A stretch of DNA of 64,000 nucleotides from Squalus acanthias (taxonomy: Eukaryota). The stretch's first letter is position 1; the number at the start of each line of letters is the position of its first letter. The position numbers and the translations under genes were made by a program. The notes under the pieces are model-generated. The model did no database searches and had not been told where the DNA came from. It worked only from the letters and a program-made list of their open reading frames with translations. Below are positions 50,157 to 64,000 of this stretch, piece after piece. The stretch covers positions 91,636,001 through 91,700,000 of the forward strand of contig CM059428.1 in NCBI GenBank assembly GCA_030390025.1, in the 5' to 3' direction.

Positions 50157-50960
50157 GGGAGGAATTTTAACCTAAAAAAAGTGTGAATTGGGAGCATGGG
50201 ATAGTTAAAGTGTTAAAAATGTGAATCTCGACCTGAACCCGCCCACTTCCAGTTTTAATGGAGGCAGGATGGGGGACGTGCAGCCATCCCTCTGTCAGGA
50301 CGCAGGCTGTCTATTTAAATATTATAATGAGGCTGGAAGTCTCTTCCTTAACCTCCATTTTGTGTTTAACTAGCTGGTTGGGATTTGCACACCTCGTGAC
50401 ACCCGCCAGCTACAGCAAGGCGAGAACTGCTGCACCCAGGAGATAAGTGCTTTTACACTTACCTCATGAATCCAGGGTCCCTACCTAACCTGCCTCCCCC
50501 GATCAGAGAATCCCCACACCTCTCCCATCCACCCTCCCCATCAGGCCTCAGATCACCTCCCCCAGGCCTCCAATTCCCACCCCCACCCACCACCACCATT
50601 CCCATGCCACTCCTGGCTGCCGATTCTCACCCGAACCCACCTCCCGTGCTGGTCCCGGCCCGCAATCACGATCTTTTCAGACCCGCCTGCTCCTCTGGCC
50701 TGCCCCCGGCCCCTTCACGATCCCTCCCTCACTCCTCTGTGCGGCTTAGTGCCGCAGACTTACCCGCCCGGAGCCAGCCAGCCTCTCAATCTGACTGGCT
50801 GCGGGTGGGAAACAGAGGCTTCCCATTTAAATAAAAAGGAATCATTTGCCTTAATGCAATTCTTAAAAAAATTCCCCAACTGCCCCTGCCCAGCATCCTG
50901 GGCCTGGAACCCCTGCAATACCTGAACCTGCCCTCAACCTGCCTTTGGGCTTGTTAAAAG
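50157..50960. mobile_element. Harbinger-type MITE related to 11259-11912
   Basis: GGGAGGAATTTTAAC start and shared internal blocks; right TIR unclear. Confidence 0.5.
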
Positions 50961-50969
50961 GTATCAGAT

Positions 50970-51390
50970 AGAATCATACAGCATAGGAGGAGGCCATTTG
51001 GCCCATTATGCCTGCGCCGGCTCTTTGGTAGAGCTATCCAATTAGCCCAAATGCCCTGCTCTTTCGCCATAACCCTGCAAATTTTTCCTTTTCAAATATT
51101 TATCCAATTCCCTTTTGAAAGTTAATATTGAATCTGCTTCCGCAGCCCTTTCAGGCAGTGCATTCCAGATCACAACAACTTGCTGCATAAAAATGTTTTT
51201 CCTCATCTCTGGTCACCGACCCTCCTGCCAGCGGAAACAGTTTGTCCTTATTTGCTCTATCAAAACCCCTTAAAATTTTGAACACCTCTATTAAATCTCC
51301 TCTTAACCTTCTCTGCTCTGAGGAGAACAATCCCAGCTTCTTTAATCTCTCCAGATAACTGAAGTCCCCCATCTCTGGTAAAATTCTAGT
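50970..51390 (-). mobile_element. CR1 3' fragment
   Basis: YLERLKKLGLFSSEQRRLRGDLIEVFKI. Confidence 0.85.
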
Positions 51391-51420
51391 AAATTAATTT
51401 GCGCAATGAACAAAAATAAT

Positions 51421-51739
51421 NNNNNNNNNNNNNNNNNNNNNNNNNNNNNNNNNNNNNNNNNNNNNNNNNNNNNNNNNNNNNNNNNNNNNNNNNNNNNNNN
51501 NNNNNNNNNNNNNNNNNNNNNNNNNNNNNNNNNNNNNNNNNNNNNNNNNNNNNNNNNNNNNNNNNNNNNNNNNNNNNNNNNNNNNNNNNNNNNNNNNNNN
51601 NNNNNNNNNNNNNNNNNNNNNNNNNNNNNNNNNNNNNNNNNNNNNNNNNNNNNNNNNNNNNNNNNNNNNNNNNNNNNNNNNNNNNNNNNNNNNNNNNNNN
51701 NNNNNNNNNNNNNNNNNNNNNNNNNNNNNNNNNNNNNNN
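51421..51739. other. Assembly gap (319 N)
   Basis: Run of N. Confidence 1.
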
Positions 51740-51801
51740 AATGTCGCGCTCAGAGGAGTTTGTCGCCCACCCGGTACAAATAAAAATTAGAGGGAACATT
51801 G
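51740..51801. mobile_element. Terminus of a probable hAT-type MITE at the gap edge
   Basis: TTAGAGGGAACATTG is the reverse complement of CAATGTTCCCTCTAA, a hAT-like TIR; partner end not visible. Confidence 0.45.
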
Positions 51802-53667
51802 CTTGTAATGATCCTGATTAAATATCTGCTTCGTTAAGTTCTTTACTGCCCAGGTTCCCTTTATTTCTGACTGATTCTTACAAAAATTGGGTAAATTTAA
51901 ACCCTTTCTGTTCTGTCCATAGCAACACTGGATGCTGGAAACAGAATGGCGTTCCTTTTACCAGTGTTGTCACGGTGCAATTGATGGGAAATATATCATC
52001 TGATGTTATCCCCACTATTTGCATCTAATTATAATACACATAAACATGTACTATATGCCGAACTTCACTTGTGGAAGAAAATTCCAGAAGTGGTGCTGGG
52101 TTGTGGGGAGCTGCCGGAATGGCTTCCCGCCAGATTCTTCTCCTCTGCCTTCCCCCAAAATCAGAAGAGAATGCCAAAGGAAAGACTGCTGCTGTGTCTC
52201 TCTAACTAGTTCTAGTGCTTAAAAAAGCATGCGACCGACCTATTTAACAGCTAGACAGAACATAACAATCACAGCAAATAATGATTTCTATTCTGTACAT
52301 TATACAGATATTGCAACAGTCACTACTTTTAGAAAATGGAAGGCCAAATCAGGGGAAAGAAAAAAAAATCATCAGATACTTTGGTTTTTGACAAGTTGCT
52401 GAAATAAGTGATTCCCAAATATTTATCTATTCTGTTTTTAAATACTTTCTTACAGAATCAAGGTACATAGAAAAAATTACATTGGTTCATCCCTGAAATG
52501 AATGTCATGAATAAGGAGATAGGGTCATTGAAGAGGCTGAATAAGGGAAAAATAGTCAGTTTACACTTCCTTGGGGATTAATAAATCTATGCTTGTGCTC
52601 TTTGGAATTTCATTGAACTGATTTACAGAAAAGCTAAGGAGACAAAGGTCTGATGGTTTTAACTTTCCCTTTTGCACCATCAAAGTGAAGTTAGTTTGAG
52701 TTTGTAAGTCAGATGTCTGCTTCAGTTGGTTATGTCGCATACAGTGGATGAACCTGGCCTGTTGTTTTAAAGGTTTAAAATACACCCTGCATTAATGGTT
52801 TATATAAACAGATTGGCAAATTATTCTGTTTATTACAAAACAGAGTTTTATTGCTGCTATATCATTTTTATAGTCGCCAGTAAACGTTTTAGCAATTAAA
52901 TACTTCTACATTTGTCAGTCAGAGGCCTAGATTATCCTTCCATTTACTGCCTATTTTGTGGCAGAATCTGGGTGGGCGATGAAAGAGAATGTGGCAGTAA
53001 AGTTAAGATCTGAATCCATGCTGATATGGGCAGCCTGAAGCACCACAATCCCAACCATCACCTTTAAATCCAGTGTAAGTGAATGTGAGACATGCAACAC
53101 TATTTCTCATCCCTGTGGACTGTGCAGTGCCTCCCAAAAGTAGTGCCACTGTAAAAGAAGCACTGCAGGTTGCCATGTGGAAGTAGCCAGGTGGCAATAC
53201 TGCAGGAGGCCATTTTGATTGCTGTTTTTTTTACTCTAGTCTAAACTTTGCAGATCCAGTGGTTTTCTGGTCCTCTAACAAGCTAATAGCTGCAGTATAA
53301 CTCCAGGGTTGTCTTCCTTATTTTTAACCTCTGCTGCTATTGTCTTTACACACATGCCAATCCCTACAATACTCAATAGCTGATGAACAGCTTTAAAAAA
53401 AGCTGGCACAGCTCCAAAACAGCTCACCACTCAAAAAGCAACATTCAACTGAAAAACAGCCCCGAATAAAAGTCTATGACCAAGGACACTGCCTCAAGGC
53501 AATGGAGTAAGGTAAACTCCTTTTAATTAAATACAATTAAGGAAAACTGAAACTCGGTGACCTCACACATGACAGACAAGAAGAATTAGTTACAATGGGA
53601 GTTTGTTATATAGAGTAGTTGTTCTGAGTCACCATTGACGCTTTTTGCACCATCAGGAGGTAATACT

Positions 53668-53837
53668 CAGTCTTCAGTAATTTCCACGGGGTTTCTCTTG
53701 ATTTCCTGCCGTAACTTTGACGGAAGATCAGCGGATACCCCGGAGAAATGGCGAAAATAGCCATTTATGCCATCTCTCTGGGCTTTCTGCCGAAGTTACA
53801 GCGGCAAATCAGGGAACCCGGTGGAAATACTAACTCC
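53668..53837. mobile_element. Short palindromic MITE
   Basis: AGTAATTTCCACGGGGTTTC ... GGAACCCGGTGGAAATACT; internal CCGTAACTT / AAGTTACAG. Confidence 0.55.
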
Positions 53838-55199
53838 TTGAGTGTAACATAGCAGGCCTATACGTGCACAGGTGCATATATACCAACCATCCATTTTTCA
53901 ACAAAGAGTCAGCTTCTTTAGCCACATCATCTATTTTATGGAAATCAGCTGTTTTCCAGCACCCAGCAAACAGTTCAAATGTACAGGACGAGTAATAAAG
54001 ATCTGTTTCATAGCACTAAACGTTCTCTGCTAGCCCCAGCCGTTATCTCACCCACCTGAAATCTCCAACAAAATTTTCACTGTAAATTACCGGGGCGGTT
54101 TCGCCTGTAGTATGATTCCATAATCCACTAAAACTAGGACCTGCCAGCAGTGCAGAAAAGCTGCTAGGACAGTGTCAGTGCTGGCCCAGCAAATCGCTGA
54201 GGCAGCCCGCTGACCAGAAGAAAAAGAGAGCCACAGGTGTTTGCAATTAGAAAGTGTGTCTACTTACAGAAACATGCTGGGTGTGTGGAACAGACTCCTG
54301 GAATGAAAGAAGGATATGCAGCAATTTGAACTGCACCTAGACTTTATAACATCCTCCAGCCATGCTTCCTATCTGCAACCAGCCATGCCAGTGGAAAATG
54401 AGGTGCCTTGTAATCAGTCAGACTGGATTTCCACTATGCATTGCAAAACTGCAATAAATGAAGAGATCCTAGAGTTCACTACAATAACAAGAAAAATAGA
54501 AATACATTAATGATTTAATATTTTAAAAAGGTGAAGCATGGTTGCCAACTGGCTTCCTTTCTCAGGGGTTGGAAAAACTCCAAAAGTGGCTGGGCAACAA
54601 TTCTATTTACAGGTTATTAAAAATTTGTTGCCTGTCCGTTACCTTAGGTTGATGAACGCTGATAACAATGAGGGCTGGTAGGGTTTCTTTAGAATAGTGG
54701 ATCTGAATTCTAGTTAGAAGTACAATTCAAAAGTAATAATTACATTTATTGATTGAAAAAGTATAAATAAAAATAAAATGTTTTTTCCTGAGGTTTTTTA
54801 AACTGGGTGGCAGCAGAATGTGCCTCCGATGCAAATGTGTGAAAATAAAATGATGGCCAGTGTACTCCATGCATGACAGGGGCCTTGGGCACTCCTGTTT
54901 CTGTTCAATTTATTTATTTATCACCCCATCCAGCATTATCCACTCCAATCTCAAATGGATCACAAAAAAATAAGTTTCTACTCAGCAATTTGGACTTTCA
55001 GTCATGGTTCTCTTGCCCAAAATGCCCCGTGCAGTAGAATACACCCTATCCAAACTACAGGAGCTTAAAGGAGAGAATCAAGCAAGAAGAGGTGCTGGGA
55101 AAATTAAATGTGTTCTCATTGGAAGAAGGACGATGGAGCACTGAGATGCAAGTGGGAAAAATTATTTGTGCTGAACCATCAGAAGAGCAAAAGAGCAGG

Positions 55200-55362
55200 G
55201 CTAAAAGGGTTAAATTGTGAGGACAGGTTGCATAGACTAGGCTTGTATTATAGAAGATTTAAGGGGTGATCTAATTGAGGTGTTTAAGATGATTCAAGGA
55301 TTTGGTCGGGTGGTAGAGAGAAACTATTTCCTCTGGTGGGAGAGTCCAGAACAAGGGGGCTT
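55200..55362 (+). mobile_element. CR1 fragment
   Basis: GGTGATCTAATTGAGGTGTTTAAGATG (GDLIEVFKM). Confidence 0.6.
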
Positions 55363-56029
55363 TCTAGTAGACGACACAAAAAACTCTGCCGCTTTAAATC
55401 CTTGCTGCCTCAGTTCATGCACAACATAGAACTTCAGAAGGTTTTTGCTGAAGTTTTATTTCCTCCCAACCTTGCCACCAGCCTCTGGATGCCTGATGGA
55501 AACAGCCAGACTCCTGTCTAGATTTAACAATACATGGGGTATTTGAGGTTCACAGTAGACTAATCATTCAAATATTCCGTACTGTTCACAAAGGTAGAGG
55601 TATCTTCCTGCTTCCTGCTCCTAATTACTGTTGTTGTTGGAGCCATGCAATCTTCCTGTATAACACCCTATTTACCAGGGTTGCTATGTGAACAGTCGAG
55701 GATTGTGCACACGGGGGAATTCAAACTTGCAGAATGTCTTTTTTTTCCTCTCCACAGCTTTTTGATTTCCCTTTACTGTTGTTATCAAACCCCTAGCCAC
55801 AGGTCGTTTACCTCTGGGAACTAGGATTCAGAGCCATTTCGAGAACTAATGATGAAAATTTCCTGTCATTGATGATTGTTGAAGCTTATGAAAGCAGAGT
55901 CTCAATTTAGCCTCCAGAGGTTGTGAATCTTCAACAAAAGAATGCTGCTGGTATATTTAAAGAGACAATAATAGCACTTCTTATTAACGATAAAGTCAGC
56001 GTGACATATTGATAGGTAGACCTGTTTCT

Positions 56030-57950
56030 GGGGGAAAATTGTCTTAAAGAATACTTCAGGATAAGGCCTGTTTTTAATTTTAAAGCGCAAAGTAGATGAC
56101 CTTCTGACTGGGGCCACCATGTTCAAATATTTCCAAGGCTTGGCACAGAAGCATGAACTGATCGTACCTTGCCTCGCCTCACAAATGCAAAGATTGCGTC
56201 CCCAATTGAACAGTCGGCCAATTCATGCTGAATTCAAAAATATATATTTTACTTTGATTTTTCTAAAAATATTTTTTATAATTACTCGCACAAATAAAAA
56301 CATTGGAGGGTCATATTCTGGAGTATTCCTTTACAATTGTAAGGATATTTCTTCAGGATTTCCAGCACCGACATGATTGAAGATGGCAGGTATAAATTCA
56401 AATTGTAAACTAAGGTTACACACGAACACTTTGTTGACAGCGTTCCAGTAATATCCAGAGCTCATAAACTGTGAACAGACATTGAGAGACAAAATGCTGT
56501 CCAATACCCCATCAGTATGTCCAAACAAATCTCTGAGCAGCAATGAGATTTGTAAATCTCTATGCACTGGGGCCATTGGTTGCCTGAGGCCTACGATGGC
56601 CTAAGGTACAGACAGTGAGTGCAAAGAAAGCTGGGACAAGTCTCATTCGACCCCTGAATTTCATCCAAATTACGCAGCTACTTTGTGATGTAGCAGGAGT
56701 GCCTGAGCAGCACTCCAGCTACACAGCATCTATTTGCAATGGAACTGAAGACTGGCTGCTGACACATAACAATCCTGCCCTGGTGCTCCTGGCACATCAT
56801 GCACAATGTGCCTGTAGCACCAGAAAATTATGTAAATGAGCTGACTTTGTCTTAACTGGCAAAGTAATTTCTACACAGAGGCATGCCGCGCCACTGCCTA
56901 GTGGGGGCTATGTTCGTGGCTCTCAAACCGATCCCCCAGCATGTGTAAGTCAGCAAGAGAAGCTTGTTGTATGTTTGAGCCCAAATATGAAATGTATCAG
57001 CAGTCCGAGCATTCATGAGAGATACTCTAACTGGACTGAGGACCTGTGTTACTGGGGCATCAGCTGCCGATTCATTGTGGAGTTGCCACACATTTTATGT
57101 TGAATTGCAGTTACAATAAATGGTTGTGAATGACTTTACAGATGTGGCTAGTGGACTTCTCCGCGGTGATTGCCAGTCCTTACCGGTTGTTGTGCATAAT
57201 ATGAAATGTCTCCGGAAGACCATTGTGCTCAGATAGCAGCCTTCTTTGAAATGCAGGCCCGTCCAAGTCCCTGAGGTTTGCAGCTGAAGAAAGATATGAG
57301 CTGGCCCTCCACGAGCTGGTTCCTGCTCCTGCACTGCCATCATCACATGCTCCTTCTCACTAATGTTCTGTGATTCATTCAGTGCTACTTCCTCAAACTG
57401 GCTATCTAAAGGTGGATGTATCTCTCCTGGTGCTTTTGACAGATGGAGGGAATGACACGAACGTCTATGCCACTGAGAGATGTAGCTGGTTCTTGACGAT
57501 TACCTACAGAAATAGAAAATACTTAGGTCAAAATGCTGACTGCATTCAAATAATATTTACGTAGCAATATACAGGTAGTGTGTTCCTGGTGTTCTTGAGT
57601 GTGAGAGTGAGTGAGAATGGAGAGAAAAATTAACAAGAAAAGGATGGTACTAGCCTTAACTTGGAAAAGGACTCTGGATACATCCATCACCACTCCTTTT
57701 TCTTGCCTCATCTCCAAAAAGTTCAGAAGCTGCCTTTTCAGATGCACACAAGGACCCTCCTCCTTCTGTTCCTTCCTATTATGTGCCAACTTATCCTACA
57801 AACAGAGAAGCATATTGGAAGAGTACATGCAGGGAGCAATTACATGATCCCGCACACTTCACTAGACATGCCACATTGTGGAATCACCCCTGCAGTCACC
57901 CCCAAGTTTCCATCCTCTATCCCAATATGTACATGAGTAAATGAACAAGC
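56030..57950. pseudogene. Very old Harbinger remnant
   Basis: GGGGGAAAATT TIR-like start; minus strand TTGTAG|DKLAHNRKEQ at ~57760-57800 resembles Myb exon 2; boundaries uncertain. Confidence 0.35.
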
Positions 57951-58457
57951 ATTATGCAACTAGGTTTTGTTGGGAGATTTTTTTTTCCAGGTTACATCTG
58001 TAAAGGTTAAATGTGACAAGATTTTCAATTCCAATTTCCAGATGGGAAGCATGGCAGTATGGACATGCATGTTAACTAATGAAAGAGCTGTGTGACTGTC
58101 TGAATATTTAGGAAGCAGCCACAGTCAACTGTAAAGAGAGGAAACTCTTTGATGTGCATACCTTGCCCATTTTCTTGGTATCAGGAAAAGTTGGGTAGCC
58201 TCGCTGTCATGGTTTAAGATTTGTTGACCATATTCTACAGAAGGGATTTGGAAAAGAGAATTACTTTTAAGTGCTTTTTTTTAAGCAAAGTGCATTCAAA
58301 CAGGTTTTATAAAAAAAAGGGCACTGAGATGATAGTTGATTAAAATGCTAATGAGTTGAGCTTTGAAATTGTTTCCCTTGAGACTGTAAGTAATCAATTT
58401 GTTCGCCTGTCTCAGCTATCAATAAACAGCCCACATCCATTGTTTTCCAAAGACTTT

Positions 58458-59341
58458 GGGGGAAAAATTCAGTATCGCCCCGTTTGGGGCGCAATTATCG
58501 GCCGGGCACAAAAATTAGCGCCTGCCGCTAATTATCGCCTCCGACTGCAAACTTGACTTTTATCGCCCCTGGAGGTGATTGGAGCACTAAATCAGGCGCT
58601 ACACATCTGTCTTAAGGCGCAAAGGCCGAGGAGCGAGGCGCTAACTCAGAGCGCTGGCGAAGCTCATGTGATGTCAGTCAGCAATGGAACACAGACACAA
58701 TGGCGCCAGCCAGTTCTTAAAGGGGTGGGTTGATCTTGCTATCCATCCACATCTGCTCATTGCAGCCTTGAATCTCGGCCTGGAGAGACCTGTACATCAA
58801 ATCTGCTGGAAAGAACAATGGAGAGAACCAGGGAAAGAGCTCAGAGTGCAACCCCCACAGTCTCTTCTAAATCGATACAAGGAAGGGAAAATCAAAATGA
58901 ACCTGCAAAGTGCTGCTCAGTACCCAAAACTCCTTCACACAGCATTGAATCTCTCCAGAAGTCTCTCTCTCAGAATGCGTGGTTCAAAAATGTCACCAAC
59001 AAAAAAAGGCAGGAAGCGGTCGCCTTTAAATAGCGCTCTCCCAGTCCCTTCCTGACTGCAAAACGCTCCCCTCAACCTGTCGTTCCTAGCGGCAGGTGGT
59101 AAGGCAGGGGGCGCCACTCAATATCCGCTCCGGGGCGATACCGGGACGTTGCACACTCGACTGACTTCACGATCTGCCGGCGCAGGAGATCGTGGCGGTA
59201 GTGTTTAGCGCTGCCACAAAATGTCTAGTTAATTTCGCGAGCGGCGCAAACATAGCCACGCCCGGGCGCTAGTTGCTTTGCGCCCCATTAGTGCCCTCTT
59301 AAGGCGCTAACGGGAGGCGCAACCAACTGAATTTTTCCCCC
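58458..59341. mobile_element. Non-autonomous deletion derivative (884 bp) of the 3718-7927 Harbinger family
   Basis: Perfect 16-bp TIR GGGGGAAAAATTCAGT, TSD TTT; arms collinear with 3718-4102 and ~7408-7927. Confidence 0.93.
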
Positions 59342-60296
59342 TTTTCTTTCTGGTTGTAACCACAGAGAGATTAAAAAAACTTTACCCAACCTGCCTGGCG
59401 ATAATCGGGGCACATGAGCAATTAAAATAGCAAAACGTGGCTTACCACCACAAGGGTAAACTGTGGCCAGCCTTCGAAGGCGAATGCAGGAGGGTAGCTA
59501 CGAGTTAGTTTGTTTCATTCATGAAAGATGACCCAGTGACATGAGGAAGCCTAGTGTGTTCATTATTTTGTATTATTACGCAAAAATACACTGTACAGAT
59601 TAAACTAAGTGAGTCCCATCATAATTGCTTCTCTGTTCGCTTGCTGTGAAATAAAACAACTTAATGATTCATATTGGGCCTCATCTTGCCAAGTGTTTTT
59701 TTGGTCTGCCTTCAAAAGACTGAAAAAGCAAATGTGCAAACAAGGGAATAGATACTATTGTATAGTTAGTTATTGGGTAGTATGGGCATACTCCCAAATG
59801 TAAGATAGTCAGACCGCTTACTAGCACCACTGTACGTGAGAGAATATTTAAGGCAAGGCCCAAAACTTATGGTACTTACATTGACAGTTTTTTGATGGCT
59901 GAAAATCTCTTGCATATCCACCTCCATGTGCAGTACATGGTGTTGTTGTCATTTCCAAGGCTGCCACTTCCTTCCAGGCACTCTGTACTCCTCTCTTGTG
60001 GGGAGGATCCCCTGGACTGCGAATAGGACAACTTTCCGATGGCCGACCTCTTGCTTCAGCAGTTCCACTTCTAAATCTATAGTTTATCCTTGATGTGGCT
60101 CTTCACTGCTTCATTGTAAATGCATGTACATCCTTTAATTATGCAGCATATAAATTTATTTCTATATGTGCAGGAAATCTCTCCCAAATGTGTGAGTTGC
60201 TCATGCTAGGCTCAAATCACGCAGGTAGCTCACTCTAATACACCATAAACTCCAGCTGGAAGCTAGGGCTCAGTGAATGTATCTAATTCAGGTGTA

Positions 60297-62059
60297 AGAA
60301 CATAAGAATTAGGAGCAGGAGTAGGACATAGGGCCCCTCAATTAGATCATGGCTGATCTTCGACCTCAACTCCACTTTCCTGCCCGATCCCCATATCCCT
60401 TGATTCCCCTAGAGTCCAAAAATCTATCTATCTCAGCCTTGAATATACACAATGACTCAGCATCCACAGTCCTTTGGGGTAGAGAATTGCAAAGATTCAC
60501 AACCCTCTGAGTGAAGAAATTCCTCCTCATCTCAGTCTTAAATGGCCGACCCGTTATCCTGAGACTATGCCCCTAGTTCTAGCTCCAGCCAGAGGAAACA
60601 ACCTCTCTATATCTACCCTGTCAATCTCCCTCAGAATATGTTTCAATGAGATCACCTCTCATTTTCTAAACTCCAGAGAGTATAGACTCAATCTCTCCTC
60701 ATAGGACAACCCTCTCATCCCAGGAATCAATCTAGTGAACCTTTGTTGCACTGCCTCTAAGGCAAGTGTATCCTTCCGCAGATAAGGAGACCAAAACTGT
60801 GCACAGTACTCCAGGTGTGGTCTCACCAAAAGCCCTGTACAATTCTGGCAAGATTTCCTTACTCTTGTATTCCAACCCCCTTGCAATAAAGGCCAACATG
60901 CCATTTGCCTTCCTAATTGCTTACTGTACCTGCATGCTAATTCTGTTTCTTGTACTAGGACACCTAAATCACACTGAAAGCCAACATTTAATAGTTTCTC
61001 ACCATATAAAAAATATTCTGTTTTTCTATTCTTCCTACCAAAGTGAATAACCTCACATTTCCCCACATTATACTCCATCTGCCATCTTATTGCCCACTCA
61101 CTTAACCTGTCCATCTCCCTTTGTATCCTACTCACAGCTTACTTTCCCACCTAGCTTTGTATCGTCAGCAAACATAGATATATTACACTCTGTCCCTTCA
61201 TCTAAGTCATTAGTATCGATTGTAAATAGCTGAGGCCCAACCACTGATCCTTGTGGCACCCCACTAGTTACAGCCTGCTAACCAGAAAATGACCCGTTTA
61301 TCCCTGCTCTCTGTTTTCTGTCCGTTAACCAAGCCCATGAACCCTTATCTTGCGTAACAACCTTTTATGTGGCACCTTATCGAATGCCTTTGGAAAACAA
61401 ATATACTACATCCACTGGTTCCCCTTTATCTACCTTGCTAGTTACATCCTCAAAAAAACTCTAATAAATTTGTCAAACACGATTTCCCTTTCATAAAACC
61501 ATCTTGACTCTGCCTAATCATATTATGATTTTCTAATTGCCCTGTTTTCACTTCCGTACAAATTCCAGCATTTTCCTGATGATTGATGTCAGGCTAACTG
61601 GCCTGTAGTTTCCTGTTTTCTCTCTCCCTCCTTTCTTGAATAGTGGTGTTACATTTGCTACCTTCCAATCTGCTGGGACCGTTCTAGAATCTAGGGATTT
61701 TTGGAAGATCAAAACCAATCCACCCACTATCTCTGTAGCCACGTCTTTTAGAACCCTAGGATGTAGGCCGTCAGGTCCAGGGGATTTGTCAGCTTTTAGT
61801 CCCATTAGTTTATCAAGTACTTTTTCTCAACTGATATTAATTACTTAAAGTTCCTCACTCTTATTAGCCCCTTGTTTACCCACTATTCGTGGTATGCTTT
61901 TTGTGTCTTCTACTGTGAAGACAGATACAAAATACTTTCTTTAAAGTCTCTGCCATTTCGTTATTCCCCATTATAATTTCTCCTGTCTCAGCCTCTAAGA
62001 GACCAATGCTTACTTGTGCTAATCTCTTCTTTTTACATACTTGTAGAAGCTCTTGCAAT
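60297..62059 (-). mobile_element. CR1 LINE, resumes at 63836-64000
   Basis: KSPGPDGLHPRVLK, NYRPVSLTS and LVRPHLEYC motifs; TTCTTATG tail. Confidence 0.9.
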
Positions 62060-63835
62060 TGTGCTGTCCACAAAAAGCAGGACAAATCCAATCCGGCCAA
62101 TTACCGCTCCATCAGTCTACTCTCAATCATCAGCTAAGTGATGGAAGGTGTCATCGACAGTGCTATTAAGCAGCACTTATTCACCAATAACCTGCTCACT
62201 GATGCCCAGTTTGGGTTCCGCCAAGACCACTCGGCTCCTGACCTCATTACAGCCTTGGTCCAAACATGGACAAAGGAGCTGAATTCCAGAGGTGAGAGTG
62301 ACTGCCCTTGACATCAAGGCAGCATTTGACCGAGTCTGGCATCAAGGAGCCCCAGTAAAACTGAAGTCAATGGGAATCAGGGGGAAAACTCTCCACTGGC
62401 TGGAGTCATACCTAGCACAAAGGAAGATGGTTGGAGGTCAATCATCACAGCCCCAGGACATCGCTGCAGGAGTTCCTCAGGGCAATGTCCTAGGCCCAAC
62501 CATCTTCAGCTGCTTCATCAATGACCTTCCCTCCAACATAAGGGCTGAAATGGGGATGTTCGCTGATGACTGCACAGTGTTCAGTGCCATTCACAACTCC
62601 TCAGATAATGAAGCAGTCCATGCCCACATGCAACAAGACTTGGACGACGTTCAGGCTTGGGCTGATAAGTGGCAGGTTACATTCGCACCGCACAAGTGCC
62701 AGGAAATGACTATCTCCAACAAGCGAGAGTCCAACCACCTCCCCTTGACATTCAACGGCATTAGCATCGCCGAATACCCCACCATCAACATCATGGGGGT
62801 CACCATTGACCAGAAACTTAACTGGACCAGCCACAAAAATACCGTGGCTACAAGAGCAGGTCAGAGGCTAGGTATTCTGCGGCGAGTGTTTCACCTCCTG
62901 ACTCCCCAAAGCCTTTCCACCATCTACAAGGCACAAGTAAGGAGTGTGATGGAATACTCTCACTTGCCTGGATGAGTGCAGCTCCAACAACACTCAAGAA
63001 GCTCAACACCATCCAGGACAAAGCAGCCCGCTTGATTGGCACCCCATCCACCACTTTAAACATTCACTCCCTCCACCACCAGCGTACCGTGGCTGCAGTG
63101 TGTACCATCTACAAGATGCACTGCAGCAACTCGTCAAGACTTCTTCGGCAGCACCTCCCAAACCCGCGACCTCTTCCACCTAGAAGGACAAGGGCAGCAG
63201 GCGCATGGGAACACCACCACCTCCAAGTTCCCCTCCAAGTCACACACCACCCTGACTTGGAAGTATATCGCCATTCCTTCATCGTCGCTGGGTCAAAATT
63301 GTGAACTCCCTCCCTAACAGCGCTGTGGGAATACCAGCACCACACGGACTGCAGCGGTTCAAGAAGGCGGCTCACCACCACCTTTCATTAGAGCATAGGA
63401 GGTTGAAGGGTGATTTGATAGAGGTGTACAAGATTATGACAGGTTTGGATAGGCTAGACGGGGAAAGGCTGTTCCCACTAGTTGATTGTACAAGGACGAG
63501 AGGACACAGATTTAAGATTTTGGGCAAGAGATACAGGAGGGATATGAGCAAAAAAAAATTTATGCAGCGAGTGGTGGAAACGGAGACACTCAATGTTTTC
63601 AAGGGGAGACTGGATAGGCACTTGAGGGAAATAAACTTGCAGGGCTATGGGGATAGAAGTGGGAAATGGGACTGACTGGATTGATCTACAGAGAGCTGGC
63701 ATGGACTCGATGGGCTGAATGGCCTCCTTCTGTGCCATTATGACTCTATGACCTTCTCAAGGGCAATTAGGGATGGGCAATAAAATGCTGGCCTTGCCAG
63801 CGACGCCCACATCCCATGAATGAATTTTTTAAAAA
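62060..63835 (+). mobile_element. LINE family A nested in CR1
   Basis: RT ORFs 62292-62975 and 62972-63304; ATGAATGAAT tail. Confidence 0.9.
63385..63750 (+). mobile_element. CR1 3' fragment nested in LINE A, TSD ACCTT
   Basis: LEHRRLKGDLIEVYKI; ACCTT at 63380 and 63751. Confidence 0.85.
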
Positions 63836-64000
63836 TCTGTTTTTATATTTCTTGCTATTATACTCTCATTCTATTTTCTCCCTTGTTTCATCAATTTTTT
63901 GTTCATTCTTGCTGGTTTCTAAAGCTCTCACAATCCTCGTGCTTGCTACTATTCTTCGCAACATTATAAGCCTCTTTTAATGTAATGCTATCCTTAACTT

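Noticed and set aside
51386-51799. ORFs across the N run
   Set aside because: Gap artefacts.
56331-56576. hAT/ZBED-like transposase fragment
   Set aside because: Only vague similarity; neighbouring sequence fits an old Harbinger better.

Overview
Repeat-rich vertebrate intronic DNA; the mix of CR1, L2, RTE, DeuSINE and Penelope elements points to a cartilaginous fish (inference). The only host gene recognised is AGMO (alkylglycerol monooxygenase, + strand), with three late exons at 8717-8833, 12765-12847 (GC donor) and 14507-14603; earlier exons and the terminal exon were not found. The main feature is an apparently intact autonomous PIF/Harbinger DNA transposon (3718-7927) with a 386-aa HARBI1-type DDE transposase (-) and a spliced 458-aa Myb/SANT gene (+). 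Its 884-bp deletion derivative (58458-59341) lost both ORFs but kept both convergent promoters. Several decayed Harbingers and many Harbinger MITEs are present, including one MITE family with covarying hairpins and arrays of perfect 5' splice sites. Penelope-like element remnants carry minimal hammerhead ribozyme motifs. There is a 319-nt assembly gap. All calls are by eye; boundaries of old repeats are approximate.
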